Below, in pieces: positions 34,820 to 43,595 of a stretch of 56,760 nt of DNA. Below the pieces are notes generated by a model. The model made no database searches. It saw nothing but the letters and a program-made list of their open reading frames with translations, and was not told where the DNA came from. The stretch comes from a virus (Duplodnaviria; Heunggongvirae; Uroviricota; Caudoviricetes), in IMG/VR virus record IMGVR_UViG_3300038499_000012, positions 64,001-120,760 of that record. One strand, given 5' to 3'. The translations under genes were made by a program, and so were the position numbers. Numbering within the stretch: the stretch's first letter is position 1; the number at the start of each line of letters is the position of its first letter.

Positions 34820-36647
34820 CGGTCAGTAACTTAACCATAATACCAAAAGCCTTTTCAAGGGCTTTTGTCTGCACTTCTATAAGGGCTTTATTCTCCTCAC
34901 CATTTACGGTGAAAAGACTACCACCAAAAGCAAACACTACTCCCGCCGTCATACCATCTACACCGCTAAACCCATCTTTGGGCTGTTTGGCACTCCTAAT
35001 TCTGTCCATGAATCCTGCTACACCACCTGATTGGGGTGGTATATATAAGAATGCCGCGGAAGGTCCTAGTATCAATTCTTTCATCTTAGTTACGATAGCC
35101 GTCATGATATCAATTATCTGCATATATTTTTGAATCTTCTCTTCTAACCCATTCAAAAATTCCGTGAATGAGTCAGAACTATTCTTGACCATACCCTCCA
35201 AAGTTGCAAGAAGTTTATCCATCATATCAATCAAATTTGGTAATAGTGGTATTGATCTTCCTATCTGCAAAGAAGACCAACTACCCAGTCCTCCCCATCC
35301 CGCGGATATGAACTCTGTGTATCCCCTCGGATGCTCCACAACAGCAGTAGACATTGGGTCAATACACTTTTTCTCTACGGGCACCATAATGTCCGAAGAA
35401 GGCGGACCCCAAAACGCGGGCCATCCTGATTCAATTATGTAGTGGTATTCTTTATGGGTCGGATCACCTGAAGTGTCTACAGGTATGTCCTGGTCAACAT
35501 ACTCCCCACCACCAGTAATGATGTTGGATTTGACTATAACTGGACTGCCCATGGTAACACTTATAGGTTCTTCATCAATTTCTGTGTATTCCGTATAAGT
35601 ACTCTTGTGATCTGGGTTGAATGTTGGATCATCGTACTTATAGACCGGTTTCAAAGGCCAATCCCCAGGATCCCGCTTAGAAGTAATTCCTTTTCGTTTA
35701 TCTCTTAATCCAGAAACAAGCGTACTCAATCGAACTTTTAAAGCATGAAGAAACCCGTCTTTCCCACCTAACTTTGTAGGAATATCCTTAACAGACGTTT
35801 TTCTTCCTCCTGATTCAGTACTTCTGGACACCCTAAAAAATCCACCGGCAAAAGGTACTCCCGGAGGAGCGTCCCATTTCAAACGTATACCATATTTTTT
35901 CTCTACAGTCTGACCAGCTATGTCCTCCGTTACCATTTCCTGATACACAGGATAACTCTGGATGTTTTCAGGAGGAGGGACACTAGTATTGAAAGGAAAC
36001 AAATCCATAAAATCAAATAGATCCCCAAGCTGCTTTAGGGTCTTGAAGAACTCATCAGGGGCCGTAGCATCTACCAATATTATGAATCCTCCAACGACAC
36101 CATTATCATCAAATATGGGTCTGTTCTTATCATAAGGATTCACCAAGGATACCTGCAGTCTTCCTAAGAAACCTTCAAATCCTCCTGCCGACAAGTTCTT
36201 CCAGTTATCATTCTGGAACATGTTTCTATTCAGAGAAGGAGGCATAAGTATGTTCATATACGCGCCGGCCGTAGCCAAGTCTTGGGCCATTGTATTGACC
36301 GTACCGCGTATGAATGACAACAGCGAGGATATCAAAGAAGAAAAGGATCCGAATGAGCTGATAAAAAGCTGAAGGATTTTCATTACTTTGGTAAGGATAG
36401 ACATTACCTTACCAAGCCCCTTCACAGCTTTATCAAAAGTTTTTATCACACTTTTAGGTAAATCTTCACTGGAAATGGCTGATTGTTGCCACTTCCCAGC
36501 CTTCTTATTGAGCCATGCCTGTGCTTTTTCAAGAGCATTTTTAGCCTTCTCCTCCTTAGAGGCAGAATCTTCAGGACTTCCAGGTTGGACCTTAGAAGAA
36601 GAATGTGGTACAGCCAACATTCTGGCCTTGAAATCAAAATTAGACAT
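34806..36647 (-). CDS. Hypothetical virion-region protein (helical N/C termini, central beta domain)
   Basis: 613-aa ORF in the baseplate operon. Confidence 0.6.
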   Translation of the reverse strand: MSNFDFKARMLAVPHSSSKVQPGSPEDSASKEEKAKNALEKAQAWLNKKAGKWQQSAISSEDLPKSVIKTFDKAVKGLGKVMSILTKVMKILQLFISSFGSFSSLISSLLSFIRGTVNTMAQDLATAGAYMNILMPPSLNRNMFQNDNWKNLSAGGFEGFLGRLQVSLVNPYDKNRPIFDDNGVVGGFIILVDATAPDEFFKTLKQLGDLFDFMDLFPFNTSVPPPENIQSYPVYQEMVTEDIAGQTVEKKYGIRLKWDAPPGVPFAGGFFRVSRSTESGGRKTSVKDIPTKLGGKDGFLHALKVRLSTLVSGLRDKRKGITSKRDPGDWPLKPVYKYDDPTFNPDHKSTYTEYTEIDEEPISVTMGSPVIVKSNIITGGGEYVDQDIPVDTSGDPTHKEYHYIIESGWPAFWGPPSSDIMVPVEKKCIDPMSTAVVEHPRGYTEFISAGWGGLGSWSSLQIGRSIPLLPNLIDMMDKLLATLEGMVKNSSDSFTEFLNGLEEKIQKYMQIIDIMTAIVTKMKELILGPSAAFLYIPPQSGGVAGFMDRIRSAKQPKDGFSGVDGMTAGVVFAFGGSLFTVNGEENKALIEVQTKALEKAFGIMVKLLTGGGG

Positions 36648-36876
36648 TTCTCATTTTCCCGACTTTGACGATCTGTTTTTGTATCTCATTAACGTCCTTC
36701 TGAACCACCGCAACCGTCATGGCCATCAATCTTTCCAGCTCCTTTATAATCGTATTTTCAGAAGAAGGAATGCCTCTCACCCATTCTAATTGTGCTACAT
36801 CAGCCGTTTGTTGATCGCCAACGCCGACTTGTTCCGTTCGATTATCTTTTCCGTCTGTCTTAGTCTCGCTAAACAT
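36640..36876 (-). CDS. Possible small hypothetical protein (true start uncertain)
   Basis: Fills the 36647-36795 gap but overlaps the upstream ORF by 82 nt. Confidence 0.3.
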   Translation of the reverse strand: MFSETKTDGKDNRTEQVGVGDQQTADVAQLEWVRGIPSSENTIIKELERLMAMTVAVVQKDVNEIQKQIVKVGKMRNV

Positions 36877-39800
36877 CCCTGACTCCTATTAAAACGATTA
36901 TCCGCCCAATTATACAAATTACCCGTCCCACCATCAGTAGCCCTGAGATACTCCTCAGACTTGATATGATTAATGATCTGTGGCTGCCGAGTCTCATCTA
37001 AATACGTAATCCGAGCCGTTACTACATCACTACGATCATGAACGAAAGTAGTCCTATCATATAGCATCTCATCTGATATCGTCGGATAATACACAGTCAG
37101 CGGCCTGAGCGTCGGATACAACGTCGCATCAGGAGGAATAAACCCGGAATCAAACTTGAACGGAGGCCGCGATGTATCCGCCCCCGTCTTAATAGGATGA
37201 GTCACTATTCCTGCAAGACCATTGATACCCGTCCGTATTGCAGCAACCGTCGTATAATCTGCATATGGGAAGGTTGATGTTTCAGAAGAAACATGTGTCC
37301 AAGAAAGCTGAAGGGATGTCATATTCGTCGTATACTGCAGGCCCGTCAGTTGGGGATATATAGTTGCATCCACTACCGTAGCAGTTGGAGGAGCACCTAT
37401 AGAAATATTAGTTGCGTCCTGTTTAAACGGCGGTGTTGATGCATCAAATCCAATACTTCCGGAAGCCGACAACCCAGTAATCAGATTGATGTCGTTCTTG
37501 AATGATTGAACTGTGGGATACGAAGAATACAGAAATGATCGGTGCTCATAAGTCGTATCATGATGCCAATACAAATTCATGGAAGAAGTATCTATCAGAT
37601 ACGAAATATTTGTCATGTCGGCAACGTTGTTATAGGTAACGTTGAAATACCCCAACGCATCCGGACCGGCATATTGAATATTGAAAAGACCTACCGTATC
37701 ATTCAAATGAAATGTAATTTCATTATTGAGACTGTACTCAGTACTAGGTACCCATCCAGTAAATGACCCATCTATAGACGAGTTATCATTATTGAATATT
37801 ACATACGGATGCATGATAACAGAACCAAAAGGCACCCCCCACCAATTCATAATCCTGCGATCATGGTCTGATGGAAAATGCTGCAGAATGAACTCCGTCT
37901 GACCACGAATGTCAGTTACCCCAGGACCTGACGAAACAGGCACCCCTACCCCAGTTATATCCGTCCCAAGAATACCCTGAATGTGTGACAGATAATCAAG
38001 ATTCCACTTCCAGGCATCTACCTTACCCGTAAAATCATACCCCACAGCATAATCATATGTATATGCCGCACTGCAATCCGCCTGGTAATCCGTCGTGTCC
38101 CCGAAAGCTATCAAAGTGGAATTATAGGAAGGCTGTCCAGGTTCCTGAAGAATCCATGATTCGGAATTGCTCTCATCCGTGAGCTTGTATTGTTCTTGAA
38201 TGATGCACAAAGCTTCAGACATAGCTAATGCCTTGACGGCATTAGCCTGACCCGTGTAAGATACCCGTGCGAGCTTATTGGATACCCCAGCCGTGACTAT
38301 CGTATCAAGTAAGGGAATTTCTTGATTAAGATATCCGGCCTCTGTAGTGTCCCACAAAATCTCAGCGCCACTACTCGACCGGTCATAGTTCCCACATGCC
38401 GATGAATCAACCACAAATCCCAATTTTGCTACTGAGGAGCTATCACCTATCAGCAAACAATTGTACGGTGTTGAAGAGTCCACCCTCAGAGCTATCACAT
38501 TTTTATAGCCATAACTCGTAGCCGGATCATAAGCCCACTCAACCGTCGTATTTATGCTGGGTAGCTGAGTATTCATGTAATCAGCTACATCAAACAGGTT
38601 GAATTTGGAAATAGACTTTCCGTTGTAAGAAGATGGAAATGCACAAGACCTAAGATTACCATCAACAAAACATCTGAAAGTATCCCCAGTCTTCAGTTTA
38701 GGAGTAGGCTTTGTCTTTGTCCCTACAATCTTAGGACCCACATATCCATCATCATCGTACAACGGGAAAGAAGACGTGATGACAAACTCTTCGCCATCTA
38801 TAGGAGAAGTAGGGCCTACGTATGGCGTAGTAAGAACAATTGAAGAGTCATTGATGATCGACTGAACCTGAAAATTCGTAGTCATGTCCGATGGCCGCAT
38901 CCAATCCCCAACAAAAATCTGCCGGGACCAAATACTCACCCCATCATCCGCCCGAGTTACATCCTTTTGTCCATTGATGAAAATGGCCTGCCCAGGACCC
39001 CTTGTCTGACCGGTAAGAGGTGTAATAGGATATGGAGGAAGACTCGTGTAATCCGCAGTAGGCCACATCCTGTTGAAGGAGTATGGTGCCAAGGTCTCGT
39101 CTGCGGAAGACAACAGCCCATCATTGTTACAGAGTTTCCAACCTAATGCGGCATAGTACTCATTACCGAAAGCCTGTAATCTGTTCTGAAACCAGTCATA
39201 TATCTGTTTGAATACCCGGCATTCAATTTCAAGATCCTGTCGCTTATACTCATCCCCCGTAACTCCGCCCTCTGAATTTCCCTGTGCATCATCTCCGGGT
39301 ACATCCCCACCCTGTCCAACGCTTCCTGATAGATATACAGCCTCTTCCTTGACCCTAGGCTGTATGACCTGCTCAAGAAAGTTCCTCTGACTCATGACTT
39401 GGATGTAGAACTGATCAAGATTGTCGTATTCGAAAGAAGCACTGAGTTTGGATCCCTTAGGCAGTGTCGTGAAGAAATCTCCAGAAACCGTAACCTGTCT
39501 ATTGCCTAAATAATCCAATCCCAAATAATCAAGATTATACCGCTGACCCTTAGCCACACCGTGATTCAGAACCACCGTACCATTAGACAATGAAAAATCA
39601 ACGGTATCCGTTCCGTCCAACAACAATGCCGGCTTAAGAGTCAACAATAATGGAGCTCCATCAGACACAGCCTTACCCGTAACCGGATACATCTTGAAAC
39701 AATCATGTCCGGAGGCATAAAGCGTTAGAGCCAAATCAGATATGCCCGCTGTGAAAATCGCGCTCGACAAGTCCGATAAATGCTGAATGGTAGAGTAAGA

Positions 39801-42452
39801 GAACAAGTAACTACTCTGGTCTGTGGCGACCACGAATCTTGATGAGTCCGTCGTTATGTAGGCGGCCCGCTCACTATAGTAGGAAACAGTCATTCCTGGC
39901 TCTTGTGGGTCATCCAAAGCATATGATCGAGGAACAAGAACCGTATCCCCCTCAACATACAAAGGTCCATCAGACATGGTAAGAGCCGATAGAATACCGG
40001 AAGATGTGTAGTCTTTGCTGACGTCGGACGCAAGGGTGACTACAGTAGCAGTAGCATCCTGGTCATAAGAAGCGGATGAAATGCTATAAACATCGAGATC
40101 AACCTTAATAGCTGTATTAGTCCGGAATATGTTAGGGGAATTGGTATTCGGAAATGATATGGTATTTGCACCGGAAACAATAGGTGCCGCGGTATATCCT
40201 ACATATCCAAAACTTACGGAAGAATCCGTGACATAGATATAGGGATTAATGATTTCCTCAGATGAGGAAGAATCAAGCTTAATGAGAGTATCTTCCCCAT
40301 CATAGGTCGTAGAACTCACAGGGAACAGAAAGGTCCTCTGAATATCAGAGGGCTCCATACGAACTATTGCCCCCGATGAGAAATCCGACCTTACATCCTG
40401 ACCAACTATATAAAAGGATGATGACCCTTCTGGTATTGTGAAATTATTAATGGCCAGAGGGCTGTATTCAAGAGTCTCACTCTCGTAAGTGAAATCTATC
40501 GTGACAATATCCGTGTCCGAAAGCCCTATGGCCAGGTTGGTGGAAGACCTGGAAACCCGTACAGTACTTTCACTAGTCGATAGACTGGCAAGATCGTAAT
40601 CAGCATGATGAGTCTGATTACATATCCTCTGTACCGTAATAGTCTCTGTATCTATCCTATAATCCTCAAGTGTGAACTCATACAAGTCTACATTGCGGAT
40701 AGTGAGTCGTGAATCATAAACAGTGCAGTAATTCTTACCATCAGCATACGTTATACCATTCGTCTGACCAGCCAACGGCACATAGCTGACACTGATGGAA
40801 TCCGTTATAACCAATGGCGTAGTCAGGATTACCCGACCCGACGTAACAAGAACCATAAAATCCGTGTACTCTTCCAAAGCCACGCCATTTTTCAGAAGAA
40901 TAACCGATCCATCCTTGACCGGAAATCTCTGTAGTCTGAAACTGGTCATCCCAGAAGTAACAGATACCACCTCATTGTCCACCGGATCCGAGTCCACCTG
41001 ATAATCAATGACATACTCTTCACCAGGACCAGGATGGTCTTTGCCAACAGGCACGACCCTTCCAGTATTCAGAACAATGCGTACCGCATCAGTGTTTCGA
41101 GGGGGAATACTGTACTGCTGCCGAATGCCATTACGAGTCACCTCAATGCCATAGTCAATGAGATAACTCTTATCAGAAGCTATGTATTTGACCAAGGGCT
41201 CATTAACATACTCTGAGGACACATACGCTGTCGCAGCATCCGCATCCAAGACATATTCCGTATAGACCTGTAGTCGAGTCCCATCTATACGTATGTTCTC
41301 CGTTCCCGGCATAATACCAGCAACAGGGTTACCTTCATAGTCCGTAAAAACAGCTATGCCTGTCTGCGTATTAGCCGGAAGTAAGTTGGTGTCAGCAAGT
41401 ACCTTCAGAAACATCAAGTTAGCAACACGCCTATCCATCTTTGGAGGAGGATAGACATATATTGGATCCGGGGAGTAACTAATAACGTAATCATTACCAG
41501 TAGGAGGTCGGTACACGATAGAGTTATTCAACCTGACCTGAAGAGTGTCCTCAGGATTGGGTATCACCGGCAACGGGAACTGAAAGGCATCATTCTCAGT
41601 CTTCTGTGCAAAAACTTTATTGTTGACCGTAGCCGTATCCATCAAGTCCGGATCCGTAGACTTGATGGTATGACTGAACATCAGATTAATGCCATCATTC
41701 AGAGCTATGAAATAGTCCGCCGATGTAGGAATACCACTGTCCGTGGTAGCATCAACCGTCCATCGACCACTGTTTTTCTCATACGTGAAATTATCCTGCG
41801 TATATCGAACATCCATCTGCCCGACAAGCTGATGCTTGGCCTTATAAGACCCTACCGTCGTATCACCCGTATAAGCCGATACCAGCGTCAGATGATCGTT
41901 GGTAGGTACCGTATCGATACGGAAGTATTGCTGATACCCATCATGCTTTATGAAATCTCCGGACAGTAACTGAGAAGACCACGTTGTTCCTATGCCATAA
42001 ACATTCTGACTACCGCTGGTGAAGGATGCATCCCCATATAAGGTGTTGTTGTACTTATCAGGCTCTACAAGGTACTCTCGATAGATAAGGGTGCTGTCGT
42101 AAGGCATGACCCCTGAGAGGCCTGTTAGGTTATTAAGCTCAAGGCTGGTGGCATCTCTGACCCCCCGAACAACAAAACTTGAGGAGTCCGCATGAAACTG
42201 ATCTCCTACCTTCCAATTAGAGGCATCAAAACTACTATAGGGAGGATCAACCGTAAGTCCGGTTATGAAGCTGCTGTCGGCCGTGAATGTAGCAGTCCCC
42301 TTGAGGATGTTCTTATTGGGAATATACTGGCCGTCTACATAGAGGATGCTAGTAGACTTGGCATTATTGACGCCGTATTTGGCCCCGCGGATTTCGAAGT
42401 TCTCGAGATCCAAGGACACCAAGACTTTTATCTGATCCATCGAAAGAGGCAT
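36795..42452 (-). CDS. Very large multi-domain baseplate/tail structural protein (1885 aa)
   Basis: Long beta-rich ORF in the baseplate operon, with repeated A-x-F-x-x-G-S-x-x-V-x-G...W...GD modules. Confidence 0.65.
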   Translation of the reverse strand: MPLSMDQIKVLVSLDLENFEIRGAKYGVNNAKSTSILYVDGQYIPNKNILKGTATFTADSSFITGLTVDPPYSSFDASNWKVGDQFHADSSSFVVRGVRDATSLELNNLTGLSGVMPYDSTLIYREYLVEPDKYNNTLYGDASFTSGSQNVYGIGTTWSSQLLSGDFIKHDGYQQYFRIDTVPTNDHLTLVSAYTGDTTVGSYKAKHQLVGQMDVRYTQDNFTYEKNSGRWTVDATTDSGIPTSADYFIALNDGINLMFSHTIKSTDPDLMDTATVNNKVFAQKTENDAFQFPLPVIPNPEDTLQVRLNNSIVYRPPTGNDYVISYSPDPIYVYPPPKMDRRVANLMFLKVLADTNLLPANTQTGIAVFTDYEGNPVAGIMPGTENIRIDGTRLQVYTEYVLDADAATAYVSSEYVNEPLVKYIASDKSYLIDYGIEVTRNGIRQQYSIPPRNTDAVRIVLNTGRVVPVGKDHPGPGEEYVIDYQVDSDPVDNEVVSVTSGMTSFRLQRFPVKDGSVILLKNGVALEEYTDFMVLVTSGRVILTTPLVITDSISVSYVPLAGQTNGITYADGKNYCTVYDSRLTIRNVDLYEFTLEDYRIDTETITVQRICNQTHHADYDLASLSTSESTVRVSRSSTNLAIGLSDTDIVTIDFTYESETLEYSPLAINNFTIPEGSSSFYIVGQDVRSDFSSGAIVRMEPSDIQRTFLFPVSSTTYDGEDTLIKLDSSSSEEIINPYIYVTDSSVSFGYVGYTAAPIVSGANTISFPNTNSPNIFRTNTAIKVDLDVYSISSASYDQDATATVVTLASDVSKDYTSSGILSALTMSDGPLYVEGDTVLVPRSYALDDPQEPGMTVSYYSERAAYITTDSSRFVVATDQSSYLFSYSTIQHLSDLSSAIFTAGISDLALTLYASGHDCFKMYPVTGKAVSDGAPLLLTLKPALLLDGTDTVDFSLSNGTVVLNHGVAKGQRYNLDYLGLDYLGNRQVTVSGDFFTTLPKGSKLSASFEYDNLDQFYIQVMSQRNFLEQVIQPRVKEEAVYLSGSVGQGGDVPGDDAQGNSEGGVTGDEYKRQDLEIECRVFKQIYDWFQNRLQAFGNEYYAALGWKLCNNDGLLSSADETLAPYSFNRMWPTADYTSLPPYPITPLTGQTRGPGQAIFINGQKDVTRADDGVSIWSRQIFVGDWMRPSDMTTNFQVQSIINDSSIVLTTPYVGPTSPIDGEEFVITSSFPLYDDDGYVGPKIVGTKTKPTPKLKTGDTFRCFVDGNLRSCAFPSSYNGKSISKFNLFDVADYMNTQLPSINTTVEWAYDPATSYGYKNVIALRVDSSTPYNCLLIGDSSSVAKLGFVVDSSACGNYDRSSSGAEILWDTTEAGYLNQEIPLLDTIVTAGVSNKLARVSYTGQANAVKALAMSEALCIIQEQYKLTDESNSESWILQEPGQPSYNSTLIAFGDTTDYQADCSAAYTYDYAVGYDFTGKVDAWKWNLDYLSHIQGILGTDITGVGVPVSSGPGVTDIRGQTEFILQHFPSDHDRRIMNWWGVPFGSVIMHPYVIFNNDNSSIDGSFTGWVPSTEYSLNNEITFHLNDTVGLFNIQYAGPDALGYFNVTYNNVADMTNISYLIDTSSMNLYWHHDTTYEHRSFLYSSYPTVQSFKNDINLITGLSASGSIGFDASTPPFKQDATNISIGAPPTATVVDATIYPQLTGLQYTTNMTSLQLSWTHVSSETSTFPYADYTTVAAIRTGINGLAGIVTHPIKTGADTSRPPFKFDSGFIPPDATLYPTLRPLTVYYPTISDEMLYDRTTFVHDRSDVVTARITYLDETRQPQIINHIKSEEYLRATDGGTGNLYNWADNRFNRSQGCLARLRQTEKIIERNKSALAINKRLM

Positions 42453-42461
42453 TTTTATTCC

Positions 42462-43070
42462 TTAAACGAGTTTCCCAATACCAGGAGCAACGGGAAGTGG
42501 CACTGGTCCCACAGGAGGACCTGCAAAAGCTCCTATACAGGTAGCCGTAATCATTCCTGCGGTCATGATGTGATTACATATTCCAAAAGCAATAGCCGAT
42601 ACAAGTTGTGCCGTCTTACTACCTGCAATGACTTTGCCGGCCAGATTTGCTATTATGACAGCCTGCAAAGCTGTAGGGATAAGCATCAAGACCTTTCCTT
42701 GTCCTGCCCCTGGGCCGCCACCTATGACCGAACCAACGACCATGACGGTATTAAGAGATTGTACTACGCCAAATGCTATAGAGTCGAACAATTTTCCAAT
42801 ATCCCTTCCTGCAAGACCCCCTGAGGCTGCCTTTAGTTTCATCAAGCCACTCATGCCCGAAGATGTGCATCCCACAATTTTCCCTTGGAAGGTTCCCGCA
42901 CCAGGGCCTGTAACCTGATTGGTTGTCTGAGCCATCGAAGAGGCCATAATATAGCTACAAGTCGCCATAGAGACCGCGGAGACCATAGGATTGTACTTAC
43001 TACCCGCAAGAGTAAGTGACGCACCCTTGGCCACCATTTGCATGGACATGACTGTTGGAATAAGAGGCAT
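42462..43070 (-). CDS. Gly/Ala-rich protein with a three-fold internal repeat (candidate spike-tip protein)
   Basis: Three G-S/R-x-x-x-x-x-x-S/D-A/S-V/I-x-x-A/G repeats. Located just after the spike gene. Confidence 0.5.
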   Translation of the reverse strand: MPLIPTVMSMQMVAKGASLTLAGSKYNPMVSAVSMATCSYIMASSMAQTTNQVTGPGAGTFQGKIVGCTSSGMSGLMKLKAASGGLAGRDIGKLFDSIAFGVVQSLNTVMVVGSVIGGGPGAGQGKVLMLIPTALQAVIIANLAGKVIAGSKTAQLVSAIAFGICNHIMTAGMITATCIGAFAGPPVGPVPLPVAPGIGKLV

Positions 43071-43072
43071 GA

Positions 43073-43555
43073 CTATCCCTTATCCATTTCTTCCAAGCGG
43101 GCAACTGTATTCCTGAATATTTGAGAAAGTTGATCGTTGATACCAAATCTTTTCTCGTTGATTTCTATACTTCTTCCTATGTTTCCATTTGCGTGACGCT
43201 TACTTGACGCCAGCCAATCAAGAATCATTTCAACAATATCGAATAAGTCCATACTGCGGATAGGATCATTCAATGTTTGAATAGCGTATCCATTCAAATT
43301 ATTGAACTCTGGATGATGTCTATTATTAGCATAGTGATGTTCTAGGGCAGGCTGCATTTCTTTCAAAAACTGTTTGTACTCTTCACTACCGTAAGTAGTG
43401 TCGTGTAGTTTAGATGTGTACATTTCAAAAATAGATGCCTCAGGCTCTTCCAATTTTGATTGATCGTGAGATATAGCCCTCTTCAACAATTCACAACTAA
43501 ACAGATTCAGGTATTTCGCTACTGTCTTAATATGTAACAGAGTTTCTGGATTCAC
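43073..43555 (-). CDS. DUF5662-like HD-related protein
   Basis: HIKTV...RAISHDQSKLEEPE...ALEHHYANNRHHPE...MDLFDIVEMILDW. AAGGAG RBS and GTG start. Confidence 0.7.
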   Translation of the reverse strand: MNPETLLHIKTVAKYLNLFSCELLKRAISHDQSKLEEPEASIFEMYTSKLHDTTYGSEEYKQFLKEMQPALEHHYANNRHHPEFNNLNGYAIQTLNDPIRSMDLFDIVEMILDWLASSKRHANGNIGRSIEINEKRFGINDQLSQIFRNTVARLEEMDKG

Positions 43556-43595
43556 AATTCACTCCTTTTATATTATGTGTGATTGTTATTGTTTT

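Noticed and set aside
20297-42824. Long + strand ORFs such as 20297..20932 (211 aa) and 42192..42824 (210 aa)
   Set aside because: They are antisense shadows of well-supported minus-strand genes, with no RBS or recognisable motifs.
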